Positions 12,601 to 24,692 of a stretch of DNA of 35,631 bases are shown in pieces. Each line of letters starts with the position of its first letter. Within the stretch, counting starts at the first letter, position 1. The translations under genes were made by a program, and so were the position numbers. Source of the stretch: Octopus sinensis. Lineage: Eukaryota. The stretch is from the NCBI RefSeq assembly GCF_006345805.1, contig NW_021836805.1, positions 1-35,631 on the forward strand. Direction: 5' to 3'. The notes below the pieces were generated by a model. It searched no databases, was not told the origin of the DNA, and saw only the letters and a program-made list of their open reading frames with translations.

Positions 12601-14667
12601 TTCTACAACTAATCATTTTTAGCGTCAGAATAAATTAATGGAGGACACGTGTGTGCGGATAAGACAGACGGGGAGAAGTCTTGTAGAGCAGTTCCAGACC
12701 TTGTTGGATGGGCTTGGAGATAGCCAGTTCATAGTAGACTGTCGACAGAGGCAGAATATAATTTTGAACAAACTGGAAGATCTGGAGGAGATTATTTCGA
12801 CAGGATTGGAGTACTGTGGAGAGAAAGTGTCCCTGAGCAGTTACTACAACAAGTCACAAGAAATATGTGACTTTATGGGGGAAATATCCCGATTTGTCCA
12901 GCTCTACCTCGAAAGGTGCAAGAACAGGGAGTCAATGAGTGCCCAGTTGATGTACAAGCGAATATACAGTTATGAAAAGTCATTCTCGACTGTGACCCAA
13001 AGTGTATAGTCCTCTGTTGGAGTTGTAGTTCCAGTCCTTCCAGTTGGAAAAGAACATGTTGGTGGACAAGTACTCGGGAGATGACCGGAATGCCATATGC
13101 AGTGTGTTTGCAGAGACAGAGACTGCGTGGATGAACCTGAATAGTCTCCTCGAACTGAGCATGTGTCAGATTGACAGTGAAGATCTCCTCATGCAGTTTT
13201 GGAGTCTTCACAACATGTTGATGAAGTGGGTGGGATACATGTGTGGCCAACTGTCCACAGAGGAATGCCAGTATTGGTGAGTGTCATTCCTGTTTAGGAC
13301 AATGAGTGATATCCAGGCAGTGTGTGAAGAGAATGCCCGAATTTGTTGGGATATTTCCGCATATGACGCGTTGTTCGACAAATATGTCGAGATTGGGCGT
13401 TGTCTGGTCTCACAAAGTCATCCTCGGATGGAGAATGTGTCTGAGGCAGTCCTTCTGCTCACAACCCGGCGGGGAGAGATGATGCAATCATTGACTGATA
13501 GAGAGTTCATCACCGAATTACGTAATATTCCTGACATATTGGCAGTTCTTGACATAAACATGTTTTGTGGGAATGCGGAAAGAGCCGAAGAATGGTACAA
13601 GTCGAAGGTGGGCTACCTCAAGGACAGTGACATGGGAGTTGTGTGATGTGATTACATAACATAGAACTCGATGGATCAAGTGGATAGGTTGATAAGACGA
13701 CATAAGCAGATTGTGGAGTCGATGGATAAATATGACTCCATTGTGGCGATTGTGGACAAGTTGACTCAGGTTGAACGACTGGAGGTGTCGGGGGAGGATG
13801 TGTTTTCTTCATTGAGGGTGTCTAATCTCACCAAACGAGTCGTGGATGATTATATCGTTGATTTAAAGAGTTCTGAAAAGGATTCCATTCACGTCAGGTT
13901 GGTTTTATTTGGTTATTAGTAGTGTGAGTGTCTCCGTTGAGGTTCCAGAACATTCTCAGAGTTTATTTTGTGGAAATATGTTTTTATAGGGAACGGCAAG
14001 TGTGAAACTGATGTCGAACAAGAAGTTCCAGTTGAAGCCTGTGTCCCCCAAAAACGTGCTTATTAGAATATAAACCTGTTTCAGAACAGGGAGGACTTGC
14101 TTTGAAATTGAAAAGAATGACGTCGTTGGTTTCTACAAAGAAATTAAGTCCCGAGAATACTCCTCCAATCTATGGGGTCTGTGATTTGCCGGCACACTTT
14201 GAGGGGACACTACAGAGGAAGACAGTGTGGGCTAATGCAGATAAGAAGGCTTTAAGAAGGTTTGTGTGAATGGAGTAGTCGTAGGAATTGGATGTCACTT
14301 TATGTGGTCCTCAATGACGGATATCTCTACTTTTACAAGAACGTGAAACTTGCCAAGGAGGTCGAGTTGTGTTAAAGTTAAGTCAGAAACCGTTTGAGAC
14401 ATTTCGAGGGGAAGCACCATGGGAGATGAATGGGTCATTCTGTGCATTGGCCGATGACTATGTGAAGCATTCCTTTGTGTTTCGATTAACGAGGACTAAT
14501 GGATCGGAATACTTATTCCAGGCGGAGAGTCAGGTATTATGAGGAGTCCAATTTGCAAGGACTTGGCCGAGATGTGGTGTAATAAACTCGTTCAGGCGAG
14601 TGGCCCTTCACTGTCTCATGGTAACGCTTCTATTGCGAGGACATCTTCCAAAGCAAGAAGGCGTTAA
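6632..14667 (+). CDS. SPTBN1: Beta-spectrin, copy 1, complete (about 39 introns, about 2270 aa)
   Basis: The spliced ORF gives CH1 ([49 protein letters not shown]), CH2 ([50 protein letters not shown]), divergent spectrin repeats, the partial repeat [14 protein letters not shown] and a C-terminal PH domain ([35 protein letters not shown]). TAA ends at 14667. Confidence 0.93.
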
Positions 14668-14789
14668 ATTAACATTGGCTTAGTTTTGTTTATTAACTTA
14701 ATTAAATTCGATTCTTTTCTGATGATTGTTTTAACATTTAAACTATTGTAATCAAATCCAATAAAAAACATTTTTTGCTAAACGATAAA

Positions 14790-15780
14790 CTGTGTGTACT
14801 TTATTGTACTATTTTTATACGAATCTTTGCGATACCATGACAAAGCTTTGCAGCATAACAATAAAAGTTATTAGTTTGGTACATTTCCTTTTATCTTGGG
14901 CGACGTCCCGTAATGCGTCAAGATCGTTCCCGTTCTTAAAATTTTCAGTGTCACTGGGAGACAATTTCATGGGCGTCCACAGAAACGAGTTACAAAATAG
15001 TCTTCCATAGAGGTGTTTGCCGATGCTCCAAATTCATCCTTAGGGTGTGTCCGAGTAACCTTCACCTGCATGCTGTAATCTCGATAGATTAGTTTGCTTG
15101 ATATCCTGACATAAACTGTTTTACAGCTGAGACTCGAATGGCATTTGGAGGCTAGAGTACGCAGAAGTTGATCTCTATTGAACGAGTCTTGATTGAAATT
15201 GTCCGTATCAGAAAGTCCTTATGTTCCGGCATTATAGAGGAGAATAGGTTTTACAAGTGAATTGTATTATCATATGTGTTTCATTTAGGTTGCGTAGTGC
15301 GGTGTTTGCATGTTTTATTATATAAACAGGTCTTGTTCGTATCCAATAGAGATACAAGTTTCTTAAATTCTGTTTTCTCCACATTTACATTGAGAAATCA
15401 CCCTGCAAGTTTATTTAGCATCACGTCCAATAAGCTTTTTAGAACATTCCTGACAGAGAAAATAAAATCCAGGTCATCTGCGTATGCCACCATGTTGATT
15501 TTTCCTTCATAGTTTTAATTCTCTCAGTGTATCTTCTAGATATATGACAAACAGCATAGGAGATAACGGATCATCTTAAGGTGTTCCCTATGTTGTTTCA
15601 AATGGCTTAGAGTACTTGTTACGTACCCTGACCGATAGATAGGTTTCTGATAAGAGTTCCCTGATCATCCGGGCAGAGGGTTTGTTAAGGAATTCTGTTA
15701 GGAAATCCATCAATTTCTGACGATTGATTGAGTCAAAAGCTCTTGATATATCGATTCCGAGAATGTTTGCAGCATCTGTA
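14790..15780 (-). mobile_element. LINE reverse transcriptase pseudogene fragment
   Basis: ILGIDISRAFDSINR, GTP*DDPLSPMLFVIYLE, AYADDL, LNVNVEKTE, NSLVKPILLYNAGT and RLLGHTLR are RT subdomain motifs, interrupted by stops and frameshifts. Confidence 0.85.
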
Positions 15781-15784
15781 ATGT

Positions 15785-16085
15785 CCTCGAGTTTATCCGG
15801 AAAATATTTCAGAATGTTATCATACAATATAACCAAATGATCTTTGATGTCCTGGAGAACTGTATCATTCAATGCGCATTTTGATTCATCAAGAAATTCT
15901 TGCAAATCGGCAAAACATGAAATTTTATTTTATCAACGAAAACCCTCTAAAATTTGATTTTTCGTTTTAATTCAATTACTTTTACATTTAAAATACAAAC
16001 AGTTTAATATTTTTCCTGAAGCGATAATGTAAATTTATTAAGTTTCGCGTAAATGGAAACTAAATATTCAATTTTCTTCCACTAA
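15785..16085 (-). mobile_element. hAT (ZBED5/SCAND3-like) transposase fragment
   Basis: WKKIEYLVSIYAKLNKFTLSLQEK..KVIELKRKI..IKDHLVILYDNILKYFP matches the hAT pattern LAYLADIFSKLNELNLSLQG..HL..L...F..YFP. Confidence 0.7.
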
Positions 16086-16253
16086 CAAAAGAAAAAATGG
16101 AAAGACTACTATTACAATTTGGAGCTATTTGCTGTAGCTTTACTCTTAAAGATTATCCTAATTGTAACTGACTCAATGTATGCCCTGAATATTAAAATTA
16201 AATTTCCAAAAAATAAGTGTTAATATTAGTGTTAATTAACCCTAAAGAAGAAA

Positions 16254-17120
16254 TTAGTTTCTGGTAATTATCCTATTACGAGACATAGACCTAATTTTAA
16301 TAAAGTATAGGTAGGTACCTCTGAGAATATTCATTATTTGGTTTTGCTTGAAAGTATTTTTCTTTCTGTGCCATAATTACGTAAAGAATTAGAGCAATAA
16401 TACATACGCTTAGAACTATGAGAACAGCGACAACTATGTGGGTATAATCGATCTTTAATTCATTATCTTTAACAAAATTAATATTTGGGGTAAACTCTTT
16501 TTATAAGCTATTTTGGTTTCTAATACAATTGAATGAAATTTAGTTACCTCTAGGACTTTTGAGTGATGTTTTTTCTATATAAAAATATTAACAAATGAAA
16601 ATTAATACGATTAAGATTCTTTTTTAGAGAAATTTTTTCTAAAGTGTATTAATTATTCAGTGTATTACTTATTACAGGCTTCCTATTAGTGGTATTATCT
16701 ATACTATATTGATTGTTAAATTACCAAAAGTGGTTATAGTTGTACTTGTATCTAGAATGTATTGTATTTTAAGTTACCTGAAGTTGCTTTAGTTGTAGAA
16801 GTATCTAAAATGTTTTGAATACTGTTTCACCTGGAGTTGTGATTGTACTTTTGAATTTCTGAGTAGATAAAGTTGTTTTTGTAATGGGAGTTTCTTAACA
16901 TACAATAAAGAACTAAGTATTACTCAATGTTGTAGATCTTTCATAAATTTTTGGGATCTAATGTATTATGCTTGTTAAATTACCAGTAGGTCGTGATCTG
17001 AGAATGGCACAATATTGTGAATGTAATCATGTCCTTCTGCGGTAAAAATTTTCTATTATTAAAAAATACGAGTTGATATAATACAAGTTGATATAAAAGA
17101 CATATAAAAACTAAAAACAT
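16254..17120 (-). CDS. Orphan micro-exon gene: mucin-like type I membrane protein (signal peptide, Thr/Ser-rich stalk, transmembrane (TM) helix, short tail)
   Basis: Eleven 26-34 nt GT..AG introns join an open frame: MFLVFICLLYQLKIFTAEG..TPITKTTLSTQKFKSTITTPDTSTTKATSDTSTTITTFDNTT..HIVVAVLIVLSVCIIALILYVIMAQKEK..SRNRIITRN*. The first two introns and the last exon are less certain than the core. Confidence 0.75.
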
Positions 17121-17203
17121 CACTGTTCTGTCGGGAGCCCCAGATTTAAGCTGGCTAGGCCGACAATAACGAATTCATTAACACAATTATCTTTTGGTTA
17201 ATA

Positions 17204-18706
17204 CATATTTTTCATGCTAAATGATAATAGTTTCAAAAAATGAAATAGTTTCAACCTAAATAATAATTATTTAAAGCTAAATGGAAAAATGTAATAGAAT
17301 AGAATTGTTTTCGGGAAATCATTAACGGGAAGATAAAAACAAGGCACCGAAGTGTCGCTTTTCATGCTAACCTCAGTTATTATTTCTTAACATAACTTTT
17401 CTCCATGACCATCATGATTGTAAGTACAGAGGATTCTTGCGAGTCTTCTAGCCTTCCATCAAGTTGTATTCCATAAGCCAGTTTCAAGCAAAACATCTTG
17501 TTTTTTCCAACTGTTCAATAAGGTGGTCACTTTCCTTTGGCCTGATTTCATGATGCAAAAACTGTTCAAAAATAAAAAAAATTAAGATTTTCTTTTTTTT
17601 AAGCAATGGTAAATAAAAGCAAATAACAAAAATTAGAATGGTCTGTTAAAAATCACATATTTTTGATCTTTATAATACGGATAAAGATTGGCGACGCTTA
17701 GCTATTCAGCTTAATGTTTCTCAACCTACGACCTATCGTTGAATAAAAATAGGAAACAAACCTGATAGTCGTGGAGGAGATTATTGTGCCAAAGTTATAG
17801 AAATTCATAAAATGGCAATTTGCAGTTATATTGGAGAAAATCCTCTAATAACATTAAGTGGTTAAGGAACAAACTCTCCGAATTTCATCAATTGGCTAAA
17901 TCAAAGAGTACAGTTTTTAGACATTTTGATTTAATGACCTATTTACTCAAAAGAGTAAGGTTTGAGTCTGAGAAAGCCAATAATATTGAAAATAAAGAAA
18001 AAGAAAAGTTTTTTTAAAAATTTATTAACTTATCAAAGTAAAAGTTTACCAATTTTTTATGAATGAGAGTAATCTCAATTTCTAGATCTCCCAATCGGAG
18101 GAGAGATCAATTAGTGCAATTAGATGCACCGTTACTGCGGCAGATTCAAAATATGCTAATATTTACATAATTGGGTGTTTTCGTTCCCTTGGACTAATAC
18201 ATTATGACGCTAAACGAGGAGCATTTCGTTAAGAAAATGCAATTGAACCAATGAGATAACGTTAAAGTTGTAGTTGTCTTGGATGACGCCCCTTGCCATT
18301 CATGTATTAAAGAAATTTTATTAGAAGAGGAATTTAAGATTCATAAATTTTTAAGATTGGCTCCTCACAGTCAAATGGTTAATTCTGTTGAACATATTTT
18401 GTCTGTATTAAAAACAGATGTTAAAAAACCTTGCTAAAAAAGAGCTGATTTATTAAGTGATGAACTTCGTAGAACTTTATTAATAAGAGAATGTCGTCTT
18501 CAATTTTTAAAAAGCTTTAATAAAAAGGCAAACATTTAATTCTTCTTGATTTGTATTGTAATTGTATTGCCCATATAAAGGAAAAATACCGGCGGAATTA
18601 GCTTTAGAAAACATGAAATTTTAATAAAAGATTTTTTACAGTTTTACAAATTTATTAACGTGTTTCCATTTAGCTTAAAACTGTTATCATTTAACATGGA
18701 AAATTG
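17204..18706 (+). mobile_element. Degenerate Tc1/IS630-family DNA transposon
   Basis: Imperfect terminal inverted repeats (CATATTTTTCATGCTAAATGATAATAGTT vs reverse complement CAATTTTCCATGTTAAATGATAACAGTT), flanked by TA. Transposase remnants FMNESN and VVVLDDAPCH..LRLAPHSQMVNSVEH (D35E spacing as counted). Confidence 0.85.
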
Positions 18707-21039
18707 TATAGATTATACCTACTTCACATATATTGAGACTTTTTGAATGAACGATTTACATCTTCCTAACTTCCCAACCGAATCAAATTCCAGGTACAGC
18801 TTATATCTATGAGAAAACATCAATCTAAATCAAGGCCTGTTCTGCAATCTAATGATAACGAAATAATATCCGTGACGTTAAAAATCCTTATGGTGAAATA
18901 TTAAAACATAAATTTATAATAAATTTCGCGGAAACCAGGTTGCGAGCCACTGGAATAGACAATTAAAGATCCAGAGCAAATATAAAACAAAAACGAGAAA
19001 CTTTAAATAAAATTATTGATTGCAAAGATAACTCAAATTACCATCCTGAAAATGGATTTTTTGATCTGAATAATTACTTTTCAGCTATTATGAAAATTAA
19101 AGTTCTGAAAATTAATTATTTGACAATTAAAAATGACTCAATTTCAAAATATTTTCTTCAGAATAGAGCTATAATTTATTATAAACTTTTTTAACTGTCT
19201 GTCGAATGTTTTCTAACAGTAAATAAGAAATGTCATTATCCAATATGGTTAGAGTCAAATTTGATATATTCTTTTTAAAATATGTCAAGCATAGCAAATA
19301 CGTATTATACTCTATCATTAAAAGTAATCGAACTGTAAAAAAATATTTTGATTATTGCATAATTATTATAAAGATCAGCTCTCAATTAAATACAATATTT
19401 AGCTTAATTACAATAAATTTAATTTTTAAGTTTGAAGAATCCTGCCGTCAAATTCAGATAGAGACACTCTATTTGAAATAACTTAAATAATCGATTATGC
19501 GCTATCCCAATGGTTTTAATGAGTATATAGCGCTGACATTGTACATTAATCATGAACTCCTGCAATTGTTTGTCTACAGCTGAATATATTGAGGGCTTGA
19601 AAAGAGAAAATTTACATCCCACCATACAAATAACCTGGGCACCAATCAAACTGAGACCAAGAATATGTTCTTTTTGCATAGAAAGACTTTCTGCTGACTT
19701 TTTGGACGACTTGGACAATTTGGTATGTTTTTAAATATATTTTTAAGGAAGTTGACTGAAAAGTCATGTTTATAATAGTTCTAATAACTGTTTGTTCATT
19801 TGGCTTTAAATAAAATATTTTGTTTTGATAAATTTTAAATTGACGATTATAGATCTCAATATTAGTTTCCTGAGTATCAAATCTTTTTCATAGTCCAAAT
19901 TGAATAAGTTTTATTTAATTCTTCCATTCTTAGTTTTATTCTTGTCGTAAAAAACTCATACTCTGTCCTTCTATCGAGTATTTGCTAAAACATTTCGTTC
20001 GTTTCTGGAATTAATTAGATTCCCTCAAAATTTCAATTTAGTTCTAATTATAGTATATATTAGGTACAAGGTGAAGATTCGAGCCATGTCTATGTCTAGT
20101 CGATCGTAATTAAAAAGAAATTAGAGAACATGCGTCTAGAACTCTTAGCTACGTCGGAAAATCACGTAACAAGTATTTTAATGAATGTTGAGGCAATCAA
20201 TGAGCAACTGAATAGAGGAAGTAGCCACCACGAGACATCAATAAAGCCTGTCGAGGACACGGACGCTGTATTCTGTCCCATAAGTCCGGCAAAATGAGAC
20301 GGATCAGAGGCGAAAAGGAGGAAGCTGGAACCAATATTATCTGGATAAGATATTATTAACGGTATTGGTAACTATAACGATCAAATTGTCAGGGCAACAA
20401 ATAGTGTTATTGATAGAGAAGTTGAATATCCGAGTTTCACTACTGCAATACGAATCAGTTTCCCTACTGCAATACGAATAGGAGAGTGTTGTGACATGGC
20501 GGGTCAACGGTTCGTTTGTTCATAAAAGAACAATCTTAATTATTAGATAAACTAAATTTGGTTCGTTTGTGTAACTAAACTATAATTTAAAAATAGTTTA
20601 ACAGTTATCGAACAAAGAATTAAACTAAGATTAACTTTCTTTTTCAATAATACATGGATCCTCATTAGCCACAGGCACGTTTATTTTCATACTCTTCTTC
20701 CCGCTATTTGTTAATACATTTTAATTGGATATCCGAATAATATTAGTTTATTATTTAATACAATTTAAGTGTAATTTACTAGAAGTTAACGAAGCCATTT
20801 ATCCGAAGTGGATCCGCCAACATAATTGACGTTGCGTTGCCTCAACTGAAGAAGCCACCGGGTCTCACATGTGTCGTGTCTTGTTAATGTGGCTAAGCGT
20901 CCAAGCTTCATTAGGAAGGGAAGCGATTGGTTTATTAAACTAATTAATTGCTCTGTTTAAGTTGCTTATGTAAATATTAGCATATTTTGAACCTGCCGCA
21001 GTAACGGAGCGATCAAAAGAAGTCAAAATAAGTCCGAAT

Positions 21040-21350
21040 ATTTCTTAGTCCCACTTTTATAAATAATTCCCAATTCATTGCTAACAGATCATATTTATGG
21101 ATTTTTCAACCTTGAAATCTTTCAAGCGGCTTTCCGGTTATTCGAATCTCGTTAAGCGCGATCTTATATGGAGTGTTGTTTTCCAGAGCATTGTCAGTTA
21201 TAGTTGTCGTATTTACACTTATTTCGACAATAATTCCAAATTTCTTGCATAGGTTCAGATTCAAGCATTTAACTACTTTACTGTGCTTGTGAGTTAGAAT
21301 TGTTGAAATATCAAATTAGTCAACTGACCTATTTGATGAATTGCATGATT
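21040..21350 (-). mobile_element. Second RLE-type non-LTR retrotransposon remnant
   Basis: HSKVVKCLNLNLCKKFGI, VEISVNTT, HKYDLLA and ELGIIYK resemble the same RLE C-terminus as 1470-1790. Confidence 0.6.
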
Positions 21351-21399
21351 TTCTCCATATTTGAAAAACAATAAACGCACCATTCCTCCTATTGAAAGA

Positions 21400-22110
21400 G
21401 AGTTATTTCCGTTTATTATGGGCTTCATATATACGCCTATAATCATTTCCTTAGTTGTTATTAAAAAATAAATCAGCTGTTTCTACGTAGCGTAATGTTC
21501 GGGGACAAAATCTAACAATTGCATCTATCATTTCGTCAAAGGAGTTGTCCAAATGGCTCAATTGCCTTGCTGAGGGAGAATCTTTCCTGTATTGTTTTTA
21601 CGTTTTAGAAAACGCTCTCTCACCAACTTGGACAACTTTTCCAATTCCACTTGTACAATCTAATAATAGCAATCAGTGTGTTCAGAAAATTAATAATCAG
21701 CAAAACCTCACACTGGGAGTGAGACCAATTAAAAATCCTGTAGTTGCCCATTCCAGTTGCCGCCAACACCATAAAATTGTGTCTTTTGAAGCTCCACGTA
21801 TACATAAAACTAATAAATGATTGTAAAAAAACTGTCGTATTTTCAAGCCACGTACCTAAAAATTAAGTACTCTATTATTATACCGTTTCTAAGAGAAGTA
21901 TAAGTTCGGGACTCGCTTTTATTGCACACTCATGTTGTATTCTCCCGCTGATAGAAAATGGTCATCAAATGTTTTCTAAGGCATTTCTTTTCTTTCGGAA
22001 AGATTCCAACATCTTGAAGAAAGGGAATTGATTCCATTTCAGAACGTGAATATTCGTAGTCCTTCAGCTTTAATATTTTGCACAACAACTGTATCACTTA
22101 TCCCTACAAC
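21400..22110 (-). mobile_element. Merlin/IS1595 (ISXO2-like) transposase remnant
   Basis: IPFLQDVGIFPKEKKCLRKHLM, GIGKVVQVGERAFSK (compare GPGKIVEIDES) and DNSFDEMIDAIVRF. Homologous to 24749-25030. Confidence 0.75.
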
Positions 22111-23356
22111 AACAAGGGCACCGCAAAACCAAAGCCCTGGAAGTTACTGAGGTTTCGCTTATGCCAGCAGCACAAAAAGAACTTTCTATGAGAGAACAAA
22201 TAAGTTAATTATTCTAACTAATCTGGAATATTCGAGTTGAAACTGGGTTGCTAACCACTGGAATTTAAAATGGAAGCATTTTTCATTTGAGGAAGTGATA
22301 TTGTTTGACAAAAATTTATTCTGTTATAAAACTTATTTTAAAAATATTCTTTCTTATATGAGGGAATCTTTCAAATATAGGTTCAAAATAAATGTTTAAA
22401 TATTTATAGGTATTAGGATTTTAAAAAAGAAAGGGCAACTCTGTCGTTTTTTTTATAAATTCTCTATGTGCTAAAGTAAGGACTTTAACTTTATTTCCAT
22501 TTGAAGTTAACGCAGCATTGTTCGAAATGCAACTATTGGACGTGACATGTAAGGAATTGTGAGCATTAATGTTTATTCGCCTTTCAGAATAATTATGAGT
22601 GATGTCAATGTCATATTAAAGAAACCTGAGATTGTGATTTTCAAAACTTAAATTCTTTTCCGGATTCATTTTATAACTGAAAAAAATTGACAATATTTAG
22701 GTCACTTACAGTGCCGATAAAAAATTAGATTCGCATTATTGAATTTTTTATTTAAAAGGTTTTATAACTGGAAAAATGTCCGAATTAAAATAATATTCGA
22801 TGTCACTGCGGGTTGTTAGATAAAATTTTTTCTAACTGAAAGATCTGTAACTTTTTTCTAACTGAAAGATCTATCTTCGATCCAGATTTGGAATTGTCCT
22901 GCAGTTGTGCTTCGACGTGAAATTTATTTTTCGTAGAACGCATAGGAAATCCACACATTTTCTCCTTTTGTATGCTTTCCAGTATCTTTCAAAGAATGTC
23001 GAGTGGATATATGCCACGGTGTTTTTTTAATTCTACGGGATCCTAGCTGGCTTTTGCAGTCCATGTGATTATGACTATATAAAATATTGTTAAAGGATAT
23101 AAATATATAAGATTTGTGGCTACTTCCTCCACTCATTCGTTCATTGATTGTCCCAACATCCATTGCAATACTTGTTACATGATTCTCCGTCGTAGCTACA
23201 AGCTTGTATTCCGGACGTATGGTGTCTAGTGTCTTTTTAATCACGATTGTGAACTGATCTTTGATATTAAAATATTGTATTTATTAAAAAAAAACAAAAT
23301 AAGTATTTATTTAAAATAAATACTTAAGTTTTTATAAACATTTTTTTCTAGTTGCA

Positions 23357-24111
23357 ATGTTATTTTTCTGTGGTCCAATTCGACGCAAATTGACAGAAAA
23401 GTGATTGTCATTTCGATAATATTGTTTTCAAATATTTTATTTCTATTTTATTTTAGTGCAGTTCTGGTATCTTGAAACTATTTTATAAATTTTAGAGGAA
23501 CAAAAAATTTAATAGCAAAAAAGGAATTAAAAAAATTAAAAAAATAATAGAAGATTTTGATTATTTAAACAACAGAAATCGGCAATGGTGTTCAAAAATA
23601 TTTATTGGACCCTTCAATAGTATTGATGACAGAGGTTTCACATATAATTTCTATTTTTTATTTGTTTTAGGTTTGGTGTGTAAAAACATTGAAATAGAAG
23701 AACATTGCTGTACTTTTAACAAGCACATTGATCAAGAATTTGAAATACAAAATGATTGCTTTAAAGTATACGAGTTCTGCGTTTCATACTGTTTACAGAA
23801 CAAGGAGGTTTATGATTTATAAAATACAATTATGTTTATTTTAGAAAGTAAATACTGGTTTAACTGATGTAAAAGAAAGTGTTTTGTTGAGTCTCTCGTT
23901 GGTCCAAACATATTTTGATCTCTGTCTTGCAAAATGTCGCACTTCTTCTCTCAAAGCATTTCAATATTTTCTAAATATGTTAGTGATTTTAACATTGTAT
24001 TCGCTAAATACGATTTTTTTATTAAAAATTTTTAAAATAATGAAAATACACTCAACCTCTCAAATTGGCCATTTTTGGTTCCTTCAATTTTGTTGGCCAA
24101 TTAGAGAATAA
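23357..24111 (+). CDS. SPRING1: SPRING1/C12orf49 (SREBP-regulating gene protein) homolog, possibly a pseudogene
   Basis: Introns of 29, 36 and 37 nt join an N-terminal TM (VIVISIILFSNILFLFYFSAVL), IDDRG|LVC..CC, YEFCVSYCLQ and FDLCLAKCRTSS (human: ITDELGYVC, YEYCVSCCLQ, FELCLAKCRTSS). One frameshift lies just after the ATG and the 3' end is unresolved. Confidence 0.8.
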
Positions 24112-24369
24112 AATCGATAATTTTTTAAAGAAACTACTTTAATGTCTTCAGTTAGCATAATTTTTGTAATTAAAGTAAATGAAAAAAATCTTAATTTTTT
24201 AAAGTAAAATTCAATTCCCATTTGTTTTTTTTAGATATTACTATATTTTCTTTGTAACGTTTTATAGATGAGATTAGTAAGACAACATGCTCGTTTTCAA
24301 TGTTTTTTAATAAATCTTTTTTGTTGCGATACTATCTTCTGATTTATTTTTCACGCTATCATATTTAGA

Positions 24370-24630
24370 ATTCCGAAACAATTTGAAATGCTATGTTACG
24401 ATACATCTTCCCATGCCATTTTAACAAATATCATCCTTTAATGTGAGCTTTTTATATGAACTATGAACGGATATTTCTTTATGTTCTAATAAATCCGTTA
24501 AATATGCAAATTTATGCTTATTGAAAAGCGTTTTAAATTTTTTATGATTCCCAGGTCTATTGGCTGGACAAAGGCTGTATATTTCGCGGTATAAACATGA
24601 TGGTACTGTTGCATTTCATGAATCACGAAA
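24370..24630 (-). mobile_element. pogo/Tigger transposase remnant
   Basis: FIPRN..TAFVQPIDLGII and AWEDVS*HSISNCF match the pogo motifs FLPPNTTS.IQPLDQGII and AW..V....I.NCF. Confidence 0.7.
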
Positions 24631-24692
24631 ATAGGCACTAAATTAATTAATTAAAATTTTTATGAATATTAGATCGAAAATTTAAAAAATTG

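Noticed and set aside
6785-13919. Dozens of short ORFs as separate genes, or evidence for stop-codon reassignment or programmed frameshifting
   Set aside because: Every stop or frame change I traced in copy 1 falls in a GT..AG intron (for example the TAG at 12143-12145 is an acceptor). The standard code gives one protein.
15588-15905. Novel 105-aa fusion protein
   Set aside because: A chance in-frame junction of a hAT fragment and a LINE RT fragment.
20800-21000. hAT-like ETRW motif on the minus strand
   Set aside because: A single short motif without support.
22824-22873. Short direct repeat TTTTTTCTAACTGAAAGATCT x2
   Set aside because: An ordinary local slippage duplication with no associated structure.
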